Made by a program: the position numbers and the translations under genes | Assembly (NCBI GenBank): GCA_001643675.2 | Contig: LSRY02000020.1 | Coordinates: forward strand, 1,240,001-1,304,000 | Length of the DNA: 64,000 nt | Direction: 5' to 3' | DNA from: Monocercomonoides exilis PA203 | Taxonomy: Eukaryota > Protista > Preaxostyla | The notes under the pieces: model-generated | What the model was told of the DNA's origin: nothing | The model's database searches: none | The model's input: the letters and a program-made list of their open reading frames with translations, nothing else | Shown here: piece by piece, positions 1-13,780 of the stretch | Position numbering within the stretch: position 1 is the stretch's first letter | How the letters are laid out: every line of letters starts with the position of its first letter

Positions 1-1284
1 TGATGGCCGATTCTGATGATGAAATAACTTTATCCAACGAAATGGAAAGCTGAGAAATTTCAAATAATTCCTTAAATTTGTTGAATTGTGCTTGCTTTTC
101 AATGTTAAGCCCGACTGCTGCAATGTTTTCAGTTGTGCCGAGTGCAAAGGTGAGCAGCGCAGAAAGAGCAGGATAATAACTTTTCGGAATGAGTGAATGG
201 CAGTCAATGCAATTGCTAATGGCATCTGCCAATAGTTTCAGAACGTTCAAGCTAATCATACGCTCAACCTGCTTATTTGAAGCAGAGCAGCTCATGTTGT
301 ACAAAACGGAAAATGCTTCAACGAGACTCCCATCGTCAATGCCTGTGCACAACAAAGTGCTGTTGACCTGCAATGCAGAATCAAATAGCTCCCAGTTTTC
401 TCTCTTCATAATAACGTTGACTGCTTTGCATGACGAAACAATATTTGCGAGTGTCTTGAATGATTCGCTGCGGAGTTTTGTGTTGCTTGTGTTTATAAGA
501 TAAAAAAGCGTTTGAATGAGTCCACCGTTGACATATTTACGCTGTGTGCGAATTTTTAGAGCAACCTCTTCTTGTATATCTGAAAGGATCGAGCAAACAA
601 CTTCCACGCTTGAGTTTCTTCAAAAAAGCAATATGAGAAAAAAGGAACGAGGATAAAATAACTAAAAAGCAAACTTTAGCGCAAGAATTTTGTTTTCAAT
701 AGATTTCAAATTCTTTGGTTTGTCTCCAATCGTTCCACTATCATTTTTTGTCTAAAAAATAAATAAATAAAAATACAAATGAAAATGAAAAGGTGGACAT
801 TAATTTGAGCATACATCATGAACAACAAGAAGTTCATCGCAGACAGATTTCAAAGGCTGTTGTTCCGTTGAACCAAGAATTAGTCTGTGAAGTGTGAATA
901 ATATCATTTGTAATTCAAGCTTATAAAAGTTTTTTAAAAATAGCAAAAAATAAATAGGAAAAGCGAACCTTATAGGGGTGTGGATTAATTAAATTAACAT
1001 TCAGCACAATCGTTGGAATAAGATTAGAAGAAACAATTGAATCAATATTTCTATTATCTAAGATAAAGTGTAAAAATGCATTTAAATCAAATATAAAACC
1101 TTCTAATAAACGGTTTCGAAACTGCCTGATTATTTCAATTGATCCAGAAATTGAAGGATCACGAATTGCATCTTCGACTTGTTTCAAATATTTCGACTTT
1201 TTTCAAAAAAACAATGATGCTCAAAATAATAAACAAAAAAGAAAATACATCATAAGTTAACAATGGGGCATCTTTAGAAGCCAT
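1..1284 (-). CDS. Divergent importin-alpha-like / armadillo-repeat protein, multi-exon, 3' end outside window
   Basis: ATG at 1284 (MASKDAPLLTYD). Spliced exons read IIRQFRNRLLE-DNRNIDSIVSSNLIP...LELQMILFTLHRLILGSTEQ...GGLIQTLFYLI...LRSESFKTLANIV, resembling importin-alpha ARM repeats. GT-AG introns lie between exons. Confidence 0.6.
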
Positions 1285-1640
1285 TGTTTTTATCAAAATC
1301 AACACAATAAAAATATATCAAGTTTTTCAACTAAATAATGTAATGGTAGTTTGGATCGAAATATTGCTTATTCTTTCGTAAATAAATTGAAATAACATTT
1401 CCACAACTGGTCATTAAAAAAAAGAATATCCAGGTTAAAAGATAAGCACTCCTGTTTTGTTGAGAATAAAATATATCCTTGAATATGAATGATTTTTCAC
1501 ATTAAAAATATTCAAGGAATAATAATCACCATGACATATACATTTTTTTCGTTCATTTTTTTAACTTTTCCTATGAATTATTTCCTTTGAAGGTTCCAAA
1601 GAAAAAAAAAAATCTTTTAATGCCCAATATAATTTTTTTG

Positions 1641-2241
1641 ATGATTGATAATTTATTTGAGAGGTTTTTTGAAATTATTAGTGCGTAACAAATATCAATT
1701 TATTTTTTTTTATTTTTAAATTTTTTTATCGTCAAGCACACTTTCGCTAGAACTTAGTCGTGCGTTAAATTATTCGCAAAACACACTTGTTCCACAACAA
1801 ACTGCTATCCGTAAGGAAAAGGCAATAATTCCTTTAGGAAAGCAAGAACCAAAAGCCATAATGACAAAAAAGTGGGCAAGTATGGAATCATCAAAAACAG
1901 ATGAATCAGTAGAGAAGGATTTGCGATTTCTTGAACTTAGGAAATATGCAAGCAAAAAGCAGTTCTACAAATCTACAGGAATGAAAGAAAAGCCTAAAAC
2001 ATTTCAAGTGTGCATTTTATAATTGAAAATTTATATTTCATGTGTGGTTTTATGATGGTAGATTGGCACTGTGATGGAAGGCCCTGGAGAATATTTCTCT
2101 GGTAGACTAACAAAGAAGCAACGACAAAAGACGTTGCTTGATGAAATCAAACAAACAAGATCTGAAAAAGATCGTTTGAAAAAGCCAGTTGCTAAAGGAG
2201 CCCCAGCACCAAGAAAACGAAAAATCCAAAAAAGAAAATAA
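1641..2241 (+). CDS. FCF2: Fcf2-domain pre-rRNA processing protein (Fcf2/DNTTIP2 family)
   Basis: Spliced reading W..M...DLRFLELRKY..KQFYK...PKTFQ|IGTVMEGPGEYFSGRLTKKQRQKTLLDE is the Fcf2 signature, with an intron at about 2008-2061 and TAA at 2239-2241. The start at 1641 via a short first exon is inferred. Not in the ORF track. Confidence 0.85.
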
Positions 2242-2398
2242 AAACCTACACTTCACAAAAAACACTTCACTAACTCAAAAATTGCAACAATGTAATGTAA
2301 ATTTTCTGAAGTTAGCATTTATGTTGTATTTTTGCATGCTGTTAAAACTTTTTATTGATCATTTCATATTTTTTTATCAATCCATCAACAAATAACTT

Positions 2399-5300
2399 TC
2401 ATTCTAAATCCAAATCTTCTTCTCCTCCGAAATCATCAAAAGCTTCATCATTATCATCTTCTTGTTGTTCTTCAGAAAGAGGCTTTTTAAGAACAGAAGC
2501 ATACTCATTAAGTGCATCGTGAAAGTGCTTTCTTTCTTCAATGGACTTTTCCATCTTCTCTTGCGGATCAGGTGTCTCGTCAAGAATATCATTGGCATCA
2601 ATCACCAGTTGGAGTGTGACTTCGGCAGCAACTCTGGTACTCTGCTCGGGAGACGCTGCCAGGTCCAGAGAAAGCACAGACGAGGCAGACGTTGCTGGAG
2701 CAGCCTTGGAAGCCTTAACAGCCTTGACAGCCTCAGGAGCAGATGCATCGTCCTGATCAGAATGAAGGAGAGGAGGTGGGGTGAGCGGGTGTTTGGCAGC
2801 CTCGGCTGCAGATGGAGTGTGATGTGACGACGGCTGGCTGATGACTGGCTGGTGTGCTCGCTTCAGAGGTAAGGGTTCTGCAGAAGGCCCAGAGCTCTTT
2901 TTGGATTCGTCTGTGTGAAGTGTGTCAGGAATCAGAGAAGGAATGTTTCTGAGCGAATCGTCCCGCTGCCTTTCCAATCGGCTTCTCTCTTCCATCTTTT
3001 GAAAGGGCTTTGCACGCGGATTTTGCAGCTCGGATGTGATTTCTCGCAATTCTGCTGCTTTTCGCTCAAAAAGCTGCAGATTTTGCGCTTTTTTCAGTTC
3101 TTTTGCGTCTTTTTCGCTCTTGTCTGAATGAGCAGATGAAGATTCTGTTGGATGAGGTGCAGATGTGTGTGTGATTGGCGAAGTGATGAAAGGAAGAGGA
3201 TGTGGATTGCTTGAGACAGAATGATTATCATCCATCTTGTCCACACTTTTTGATGGATGCAACGCTGGTGTAGTTTGTTTGGGTAAATGTGGTGATTCTT
3301 TAGAAGAAGAAGAAGAAGAAGAAGAAGAAGAAGAAGAAGAAGAAGAACAAGAAGAAGAAGAAGAAGAACAAGAAGAAGAAGAAGAAGAACAAGAAGAAGA
3401 AGAAGAAGAAGACGAGGAAGAGGAGGAAGTTGTAGAAGATGTTGAATGATCAAGTGAATGCGAAGAAGCGGATGAGAGGTGCTGTGGAGGCTGTGGAGGA
3501 AGAGCAGATGAAGCACGGCGATGTTGAATGGAAGCATATGAAGTTTGATGAGATGGCGAAGAAGCAAGTTTGTTTGCTGTCTGCTGCTCTTCCCGAAACA
3601 GCCTTTGCTGCGAATCCGAGCGCCTCTGCGCAGTCGATGGACGAGAAGCGTATGAAGAGTTCGGAGAAGGAGAAGGAGAACGTGCAGGTGATGTAAGCAC
3701 TGGCGTGGATGGAGACGAGGAGAGCCTGCGAAGTGCGGGCTTTGCTGCTAAAGACGGCGACGAGTGCTGAGAGACAAGCGGAGGGTGGGCAGAGGACGGG
3801 CGCGAGCGGCTGCTGTGCAGCTCGTGTGAAGGCTCTTGTGTTGTGCGATGGGCAGAGGAAGGGCGAGAATCGGAAGGGCGCGGAGAAGAAGGACGTGAAG
3901 TGGCGTGTGCAGAGGGAGAGGCAGATGTGTGTGGTGGAGCAGGGCTTAGGCGACGTGCGGAGACTGGGCGGGCGTAGGGTGACACATAGTTGGCACCATA
4001 CGGCTTTTTTGGCTGGGAGACAGGACGCTTTGGCTGAGTTGGGTGAGAAGAAGAAGAGGAGGAGGAGGAGGACGATGATGATGAAGTGGAGGAGGAAGCA
4101 GATGGAGAAGATGAAGAAGATGAAGAAGGAGAAGAAGGAGATGCTGATGAATTGCTTCTTGCAGAGAAAAGCGCTGTTGGGTGAGCAGAAGCCGGGCGAG
4201 GTGACTGAGAACGAGGTGTTCGAGAAGAAAGCCTGCCAGCAGAAGGATAGCGAGCAGCAGGCAGGAGCGAAATCACAGGGACAGACGGAGAAGGAGACAG
4301 CGATTTTGTGGCTTTGGAGTCAGAAGCCCCCTTGTGGGGATCGGGCTTTGCGGATGTTGGATTCTGGTATGAAGGAGAAGAGCGGGGAAGAAGCTCTTTC
4401 AGAAGTGCTATTGCTTCTGCCCCGCTTTTCTTCTCTTTTCCTTCTTCGGCTTCGCTTCTTCCATTTTCGGAATTTGCTTTTCCTTTCTCTTTTTCATTGT
4501 TTTTCTCTTTCTCTTTCTCTCCTTCTCCAAGTGCCTTTCCCATCACAGGAGAAATGGTTGCACTTTCATTCAGCAAAGCCTGCATTCTTGCACGAATAAA
4601 TGGTAAGTCCAGTATTTGTGCAGTTGTTGGCCGACGTTCAGGTCTCTGAGAAAAAAAAGCAGAAAGAAATTGTTGCAAAACATTTGCATAAACAATCATA
4701 ATAATAATAATTTTAAATTAATTTATTTTTTTTCAAAAATGACTTTAAATTTTTTTCTCATGATGAATAGAATATTTCTAACTTGGTTGAGCATGCTATC
4801 CACAAGCGACGACAGTTCTCTGCTGAATTTTGAGGCTGGCAGTTTTGTGTAATAGCCTCTGGCAATGCGCCCAATCAGCTGCTGATAATTCTGTGCTTCG
4901 AAAGGATGTCTGAAGGTGCACATCTCATAGAGAAGGCATCCAAGCGCCCATACATCAGACTTATAGCCATAACTATAAGGATTAAAGAATGATTGCATGT
5001 GAGTATGCAAATAAATATCAAATAACATTGCAAATAAGAAAATGCCAAATTTTTTAATAAAACTGAATTGCATTCGAAAAAGTATCAAACGGCTTGTTTT
5101 GGCTTAGTTCTGGAGACATGTAATATGGAGTGCCAACAACGGTCTTTGCCAACTCGCCCGAAGTCGAAAGGGTTTTTGCGATTCCAAAATCGCCTAAGAA
5201 TTTATGGAGAATAGTTACAAATAAGTTGAAGTGAAAGGCAATAAGAAGGCAATCAAACCAAGTTTGACCATTCCAGTTTTTGTTAGGAAAATGTTTTGAG

Positions 5301-5829
5301 CCTTAATATCCCGATGTAAAACTTTCCTTTGATGAATGAAATTTAACCCAATTGTTATTTGAGTAAACCAATCAATAATTTTCTGTGTGCCAGATAATTT
5401 CAAAATTACATCGAAAAAAAATCAAAAGGATAAAAATTCAAACTGTTTCAGGAATTGTCATTCGCTTTGTTCTGCAAAGATTTATGTATTGATTTAAATC
5501 TCCAGCATCACAGTATTCCATTATGATATGAAATTGCTTTTGTTCGATGAAACTGTCATTGTAACGGCATATAAAAGGATTGTCGAACATTTGCAGCATT
5601 TTAACTTCTCTTTGAGCAACAATTGTCTCTTTTGGATTTGTTAATGGAATTGACTTCATAACAAAATGGCGGCGCTTGATTCTATGAAGCACAAGAAAAA
5701 CACGACCAAAAGAACCTTTTCCAATCTGTCTGACAGTTTGGTCTGAAATATTGCAATTTATAAAATATTTTCGTGTGAAATTAATTAATAAAATTATTAA
5801 AAATGTTGCGTACAATCTTTTAAGCTCAT
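2399..5829 (-). CDS. NEK (NIMA-related) Ser/Thr kinase with long Ser/Pro-rich disordered C-terminus
   Basis: Exons give IGKGSFG, HIIMEYCDAGDL, VLHRDIKAQNIFL, DFGIAK, GTPLYMSPE and YKSDVWALGCLLYEMC. ATG is at 5829, there are about 5 introns, and the last exon (about 4647-2399) is low complexity. Confidence 0.92.
3302..3432. repeat. (GAA)n/(TCT)n coding microsatellite (poly-Ser in NEK)
   Basis: Direct read of the gaagaa run interrupted by caa. Confidence 0.9.
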
Positions 5830-6006
5830 GTGTACCAAATTATTTGATTATTACAAATTGAAGTGTCCCAATTTATTTTTTGTTCTCAATTTGAAAACAA
5901 CTTTCATTCTATCTTCATGAAATTTCATTCATTATATCAATTTTTCAACTTTATTAAAAACATATCATACGTCAAAAAAAGAAAGAAAGAATTGACTAAA
6001 AACCAG

Positions 6007-7060
6007 ATGGAAATTCTGCAATTACGTAACTTCAAAATTTATTGCAAGAGCAGGCTGCTCTTACTGGCATCAGTTGCAATTTACTGTGGCAAAAAAATAT
6101 TTAGCAGAGATAGCCTGACACATGAGCTTGTTTTAGCTAAGGAAGGAGAAGGAGAAGGTGAAGAAGGCAATGCATATGGAGATGAAGGAGAGAACAGCAA
6201 AAAATCCCAAAAGAAAAATAACATCAACGCAACACAATTTAATGCGCTCTCCAATTGCTCAAAGATTGAGGCAGTTTCGAATGTTTCAACATCGGTATCT
6301 TCTTCGTTAGTGCAGCAAAAAAAAAAAAGTCTTCAGCGAAGAAAAAGGTGAATGTTTTCGCAGAAAGAGAAAATAATAGATAGTTGCTGTACTCAGATAG
6401 GTCCGACACTGCTTTTTTTGACCATTCGAAGGAGTAGAAAATGAAACAGAAGAAAGCTATGAATCGTTTCGATAAAACGAGCCACATATTCCAACTTTAC
6501 CATCGTCTTTTTCCTCCCCTTCCTCCGCAACCACTTTCTCCTTCAGCAAGCTCGTCAAAAAACAAAAAAATAAGAATAAAAACAAAAATTAAAATAAATC
6601 AGTGAAGAAACAAAAGCTGTCTTTGGCGGATTCTCAGCGTTTGCCATCAATTAATGTTTCGACACCTCCAACAACAAGTCCATTCCCTGAGGAATTCATT
6701 CAAATAATGAACTAGAAACCCAATTTGTAATGGATACACAGAATAGTGAAAATCAAACTGTGGAGGACGCAATTCAATAGATTTGAACAATCAGTGTGTT
6801 TGACATTTGGAGCCATCTCATTCTTTCATATTGGATTTATCTTCTTTCTGTGTGTAAATGCATCTATCTTGTTGCATTGCATTCATAATTATAATAATTT
6901 GTGTCTGGCAGCACCTTCTTTAAACTCTTCTTTGCGACGTTTTATTGTTTTGTATAATGGCGATGGATTCTTTCGAAAAATGCAAAGTAAAATTGGAAAA
7001 AGTTTTTTGAGAGAAGCGAAGTGGATGAAAAAGAAGTGAAAGATAATACAGAAATTGATT
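6007..7060 (+). pseudogene. Possible degraded or spliced hypothetical gene with hydrophobic C-terminal segment
   Basis: Coding-like composition in ORFs 5863-6351 and 6746-7039, but frame breaks and no recognisable family. Confidence 0.25.
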
Positions 7061-7126
7061 AAATGCTCTCAGAAGATTTTTTTAAACACATGTCAAATAA
7101 AAACATTGCATTTCTGGTGAAAGTTG

Positions 7127-7854
7127 TTAGTTGCATTGCATATTCTTCAGATATTGAAATGCGACTTGTCTGCATCTTGTGTTCACATTCAGTTTCATAT
7201 ATGAAATTTCTTTATCAATATCTTCCATGAACTGAATGATGAAATCAATGAGTTTGGCTTTTTGCAATTTTTCGAGGTGGAAGTTGGTAATTAAAAATGA
7301 AAGATCAAATCCCTAAATATTCCGTCATTTTGGAATGTCAAAAGAAAGCAAAAAGTTTAAAATTGTACTACACAAAATGTTCAAACTTCAATGGGTTTTC
7401 TGCGGAGAATGAAAAAGTTGTCTGCTCTTCTCATCAAGAACTGTGTGAATCGATGAGCTAAAAGTCTCTCCAGATCATCGGCTTGCTTGATTTTAATGCT
7501 TACACGAACTGAATTAATAGAAGTTTCAATAAGACATTGTTCTTGAGGATTTCTGCTAATCAGCACTGGACGAAGGACTGCTTCTGGTGTTTGCTTTGAT
7601 TCAATTTCTGGCTTGTTGTGTCTCTCAACAACACGTGAAGGAAAATTTGTAAGGCAAAGAGCAGCATTCAATGTTGCGCGGATGCAATTAAGATATGGTT
7701 GTAAAGCAACAACACCTTGCCCAGACTGGCAATTAAAAAATTATTTCGTCATTCATGTTATAACAAAATATTTGGAATATAAATTTCCAAAAATAATTGC
7801 ACATTCATATTTAAAGTGAAACGCCACAGGAATAAAAATTATTAGTCACACCAT
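7127..7854 (-). CDS. ARPC4: Arp2/3 complex subunit 4 (p20-Arc)
   Basis: [35 protein letters not shown]...[18 protein letters not shown]...RRKPIE|[12 protein letters not shown]...[16 protein letters not shown]. The first coding exon is ATG only; TAA at 7127-7129. Confidence 0.96.
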
Positions 7855-8557
7855 TACGGAAATATTACTTTGAGAAAGATCTCGGATCAAATATTCCCAT
7901 TTGCCGAATGATTAATAATTGAAAGGAAGACATTCTGCGTTTCACATGGACGACAAAAGAAAAATAAATTTTGAAAATTTTATTATTTCAAGTTATACTA
8001 TAAAAGGCAGAAGAAATACAAAATATAAAGAAAAAAATAATATCGAAATAACCAGAAATTGAAAAAATGAATAAAAGAGGACATCTCTGTTAGAATTGAT
8101 AATGTTTGGAGTTTTGAATGAAATTATGTTTTCTATTTATTGTTGTTAATTTTCATCTTTTCTGAATGTGTAATTTGATGCTTTGTGACTGTTCAATGGA
8201 AATATGTTTTCAATAATTTTTTTCAGATGTAATGAAACTTTCAGTATCGCAAAGGATAACAACAAAATAAAAATTAACTGGAAAATGAAAATAAGGTTTG
8301 ATGTTTCTTCAATCATCATTTCTCGCTGATGTATTGACAAATTTTTAATCTTTTTCATCCAGTTTTTTTAACTAACTCCTTTTTCATTTTCAATATTAGT
8401 TTTTCTGTTGTTCTGTTTAATTTTTTGCAAAAAAATCCATAGAAAAATTAAAAGTTTGTAATTTATTTATAAAATAAGTTGTGTTCAAAAGAAAATCGAA
8501 GAAATACGTACAGTTAAACAGAAACACAAAAAATCATGTCTTTTGAACCACGCTCTT

Positions 8558-10591
8558 TCACAAAAGATATAACCACGGCAGAGTTTCACTGAAGCAGAAT
8601 TCAACTCCCTTCAGGCAATTGTGCAACTGTGCAATGCAAGCATCTTCAGCTCCGCTTTCTTCTAGCTGCTCCTTCGCAATTGTCCAAACAAGTTTCCATC
8701 CCTTTCTGTTGAACTCCTTGTTTGCTTCATCTTCCCGTGTCTTTTGTTCTCTTCTCACATTCTGAATGGCCCTCTCAACAAGCAGACGGATGCAGTTGCT
8801 TGCCTCCATCAGCACCAGTTCTCCTTCATCGCCCATCCTCACAAATTCGTCGACAACAAACCAGAACCACTTCTGCCTGACCGTGTCAAGCACACACTTC
8901 GCATCTCCACATTCGATGCAGCAGTGAAAGACTGAAACTGTTCGAAAGAGTACCCCTCTTCTATTTCCATCCCATTTCTCGCTTTCGTCACCTCTTTTCA
9001 TCGCCTCCGATCCAATTCTTAGAATTGACTCCATCAATCTTTCGTTTTCTGCTACTGCATTTGCCATCCCTTCATTTCCTCCAATCATTGTGCACAGCAA
9101 TCTCAATGAAAACTGAGCGCAGAGATGTTGCGTGCTTGTTTGCTTCATCGCTATTTCTTTTTCTCTTCTCTGCCCTTGTAACCCTTTTCTCTCTTCTTTC
9201 TCTTCACTCCCTCTCTTCTCTGTCATTTCTCTTTCCCCTAAAGACACTGCTGATGTTGTTGTTGCTGCGGATGCTGTGGTCAACATTGAACTTGATGATT
9301 CCTTGTTCATATTCTCTTCCCCTCCAACAAAGGCTCCAAATTCATCTTCTGCATCCTGAAGACTCTCTTCTGAACTCAAGATCTCTGTGATTAGCCCCAA
9401 CACATCCAACTTCTTTTGAAATTGTTCCAGTGCTTTTCCTTCCCATGCAAAAAGCTCCCCTAATGTCTCAAGTGCAAATATCTGGGCAGGAGCAGAGAGT
9501 TTCCTTCCTTCTTTTCCCTTCTTATTTTGATTGTGTTTCTGAATTAGCCCTTCCATCATCTCCATCATTCTCGTATTTTGTAAATTCTTCCTTTCCCCTC
9601 TAAAATCTGAAAATATGAAAGACAAAAGTAATGCAGCATGTTCGTGACATCCATTGGACAAATATATGATGTTGTTCAAGTTATTGCAATACAAGCAATT
9701 TTATACGTAATGTATCGTTGTCAAGCAAAAATATGAAGAAAATAAATAAATAAATAATAAGAAAACGAAAACGAAAAATATAACTATTTGCATATCAAAA
9801 AATTTTTTTCCTTTGTTTCTTTGCCCAAAGTAATTCATTAAAAAAAAAATAATGTTGCTATTTCTTTTCTGTTCAAATAAAATACAAAATATATTGCATA
9901 CGCATAGATTTTGAAAGACATCGTACAGCAAATAATAAACGATTCAATCCCACTTCTGTTTCTATTCCTTTCATTTCCATTTGTATTTCAGGTTCAATAA
10001 CCTTCATTACTTCTTCAGCTTCTTTATCTGTTAACATTTTGTTCATCGAATAGCAAAATGCGCATGCGCTTCGGGCACGCACCCTTTTACTTATTTTTCT
10101 CTGTTCATCATTTATTATCTTCAGAATCTCAGATCCAATTGTTTCTCCAAATTTTCTATTTTCAAGTCTGTTATGAAATTCACTGACTTCTATGCAGCAT
10201 CCGTGTAGTGCTACTTGCTCTGCCACTAGCACAGCCATTTCTTGCTCATCTGATCCATTCTCGGATTTTCTCAATAATTTCACAAGCACTTGTGCAAATA
10301 CATCACATGATCCCATAACACTATCAATCACGCTTATTGAGTTGCTTCTTTTTGTCCATTCTAGAACTTTTCGAAGCTCTTCTGCCCAACACTCACGTGG
10401 ACAACTTGGAATTCTCAAAAACATATCTTTCAGAAGGATTAGAAATATGTTTGAAAATAATTGTTACAAAATTTCCCGATCAAAAATTCAATGTTTATGA
10501 CATTCATTTGTTTATTCAGTAAATATTTTCTAATTATCAAAAACAAAAAAACAATAAAAAATTAATGTGTCACACAAACGTCTGAATCCAT
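8558..10591 (-). CDS. Hypothetical alpha-helical (ARM/HEAT-like) protein of a lineage-expanded family, multi-exon
   Basis: ORFs 9873-10424 and 8558-9694 joined by AT-rich introns, ending in a KEQLEESGAED motif. The start is uncertain. Confidence 0.6.
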
Positions 10592-11248
10592 ATCCTCCAA
10601 ATTAATGCATTCGTGTTTTAAGAGTGCTATGCTCTCGCTGTCATTGCTTATAGACGTGCAACATCCCATTCAAAGCCCCGAAAATAACTTGTTTAATAAT
10701 TGTCTTTTTCGTTATGGGAGAATAATCAAAATGTGACAACATTTCATGCTTTAAGAATTTTGTTCCACTCAATTAATACTACAATTTTTCTCTTTTTTTC
10801 TTTGTTATTGGATACAGGAATGAAAGAATAATAACGATTCGATGGAAATAAAAATCGTTAAACAAATTGTTAAATTTTTCATAATTTCAAAATTTTTTTC
10901 ACGAACAATTATTATCACAATCCATACAAAAACTTTTGTGATACAAGCAAGAAATTTTAAAGATTTATTTATTGCGAAATCAAAATGAATTAGCATTATT
11001 TCTTTTATTTGTTTCTTGTTAAAATGAGAAGAATTTTTTTCACAAGTTATGATGATTAAAATGTGCATTGAACAAAAAAGAAGGAGATTTCAAAAAAGCA
11101 GTTAAACATTCAATTATATAAAATTAATAATCAAAAAAAATTTTTAAATATATTTTTTTATTAATAAGTTATTAATTCCGTGTTATTGAAAAAAATTCAA
11201 GATTCACTTGTCAAATGAATGGATAGAAATAGAATTTAAAAGTGATTA

Positions 11249-11581
11249 ATAAACCCAAAATTTCATAAGCCCTGTTATGTTGTTGTTGTTGTTGAAACAG
11301 AATAAATACAGCATAAAGATATTTTTGACTCACTTTTATCTGTTTATTTTCTGGTTAATGATAGTCCAAAAATTTTTTTGTTTCAATTTTAGTTATTGAT
11401 GAAGATCAAAGGATCTTTTTATTATTTTTGATCATTTGTTTTGCCCATTTTTAACCAACTCTCTTTTTCCGTCAAGTTTTAGGGATAATGTCATGAAACA
11501 TACATATTGACCATTAATAATTCCAAATATTTTTTTGTTTTTTCTTATTTTCTCGATTATTTTTTTCATTTCATCGTTTTT
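11249..11581 (+). repeat. Left arm of 333-bp inverted repeat (partner 24004-24336)
   Basis: Reverse complement of 24004-24336 with one mismatch seen by eye (catacatattg vs catacacattg). Confidence 0.93.
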
Positions 11582-12077
11582 GACAAAAAATGTGTAAGAA
11601 TGAAAATTACTGAACTTATATTTTTGACACACTACCAAATATTATTTCAATGAATTCATAAGATTGAAATGCATTATTTATTTTATTGTTGATTTAAACA
11701 TTTTGATGTATAAAATTTAATGAGCATAATTGTTATGAACAATTATTAATTAAAATAACTAATGCAACAAAATTTGTCAAATTATTAACATGGGAAACGC
11801 TAAGTGTTTCGATTTTTCTTTGATTGAATACAGTCTAAGCCGGATATAATCACATCGCATATTATCACGGAGCTGAAAATATATAATCACATTTTTTTCT
11901 TATTTGGGTGAAATATTTTGTTTATAATTTTAATAACATCCAACGAATATAAATTAATTTATAATTAATTATTTGATAGAAATTAATTTTGATCACTATG
12001 GTTAATTTTCAAGAAATATTTTTTTACGTTTTTGAACCATATTATACAAATTGATATTCGAAATCAAAAAAGTTTGA

Positions 12078-13660
12078 ATGAAAACAACAGGTGTGAATTT
12101 AAGAACATAACTTTCTTTTGTTCAAATATTAGATATCATCAACAAGTTGAGTTCGAACCCTCCTCAATCAAGAAATATCATTGCAAAAGATATTTATATT
12201 GATTTCTCAACAATTACAAAAATATTAAAAAACAAAGAAGCAATATTAAAACAAAGTTCATCAATTATAAAGCCTGATATCACATTTCGAATTCAACCAA
12301 CGATATATCCAGAGTTTGATGAAGCGATGATTATTTGGTTTCGACAAATAAGGTCTTCAAATCCTGAAATGGCCATTGATGGAAGAATGCTTTTAGAGAA
12401 AACACCGTATTTCGCATATCAATTTCACCACAAAAATCCTTCAGAACGCAACTGGGATAGTTGGATAGAACAATGAAGAATGCGATGCGATATAACTTCA
12501 AAGAAAATCGTTGGAGGGTCTTTGTCTGCAGACAAGGATAGTGCAGCCAAATGGATAGATTTAACTTTACCAACAATTATAAATCATTTTGGGGAGAACA
12601 ACATATTCAACGCAGATGAATTTGGTTTATTTTCAATCAATCAGCGAAACAAACTATTGCTGAAGGCAGTTGTTCGGTTTCTGGAATCAAATAATCGAAA
12701 GATAGGGTTTCCGTCCTTCTTGCCGCAAGTATGACAGGAGCAAAGCTGTGCCCTCAAGTGATAGGCAAATCAAAATCGCCAAGATGTTTAAAAGGAATAT
12801 TGTTTCCAACCCTTTATAATCATTCATAAAAGTCATGGATGAATGCAGACATTTTTAATGATTACGTCAAAAGACTTAACGAAAAAATGTCCATTTCACA
12901 TAGAAAAATTATGTATTTTGTGGACAACTGTCCAGCTCATAGTGTAGATTGTGTCAATTTGTCTCATGTTTCATTATTTAACTTCCCTCCTAATGTTACG
13001 TCCATTATCCAACAAATGGACGCAGGTATTATCAAAGTCTTTAAACACTTCTGTATATGTCAACTTCTTAGAAAAAACAGGCAAAAGTTGAATGTGGCGT
13101 TGCAACGAAGATAACAATGCTTGAAGTGTAAAACATGGTTGAAAAAGCTTGGATAAAAGTCAAAAAGGAAACAATAGAAAATTGTTTCAAGCATGCGGAA
13201 TGGGATCCGGCCAAAGAAAAAGAAAAAGAAATTGTGAATATCGATGAAGATGAAATGAATGAGCATAATGTTCTGTATTAAAAACAAAAACCGGAGACAG
13301 CGATCTTTTCGAAATAACTGCAGAAAAATTTTCTCGGCAGAAGATCACGAAATAACAAGAGAAATTCTATCCGAAGAAGAAATTGTTGATTCAATAATTT
13401 CAAAGTCAGATGTTTCCGAAGATGAAATGACCTTGAATGTGAAAGTTGATGAAGAAGGAAGAAATAGAAAAGTCAAAACAATTGGAGAGGCAAATATAAT
13501 GTGGAACATGTAAAAAGAGTTCATTGAAGATAAATCACCACATAAAGATAGTCATAAAGTTATTAACGAGGTGGAAGATTTTCTGGAAAAAGTTGCATTT
13601 AATAATCTGATTCAGCCTTCATTGACAGACTTCAACATGTTCGAAACAACAGATGAACGT
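12078..13660 (+). pseudogene. Degenerate pogo/Tigger transposase (CENP-B-type HTH + DDE_1)
   Basis: STITKILKNKE...YPEFDEAMIIWF...IDGRMLLEK; IFNADEFGLF; IGKSKSPRCLK; SWMNADIF; FVDNCPAH; FPPNVTSIIQQMDAGIIKVFK; C-terminal QPSLTDF. There are multiple stops and frameshifts. Confidence 0.92.
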
Positions 13661-13780
13661 GGTTCACATGAGAACACAGTTGGAATAAAAGGTGATGCAG
13701 GAAAAGAAAAGAAAGTCAAAGTCTTAATGAAAATCAGTTTGTTATCTTTTCGTTTCTATGAGCAAATATATTTCATATGA

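Noticed and set aside
3094-4649. Overlapping ORFs within the NEK tail, and similar ones within PUF and the beta-helix gene
   Set aside because: They are shadow frames of low-complexity coding sequence.
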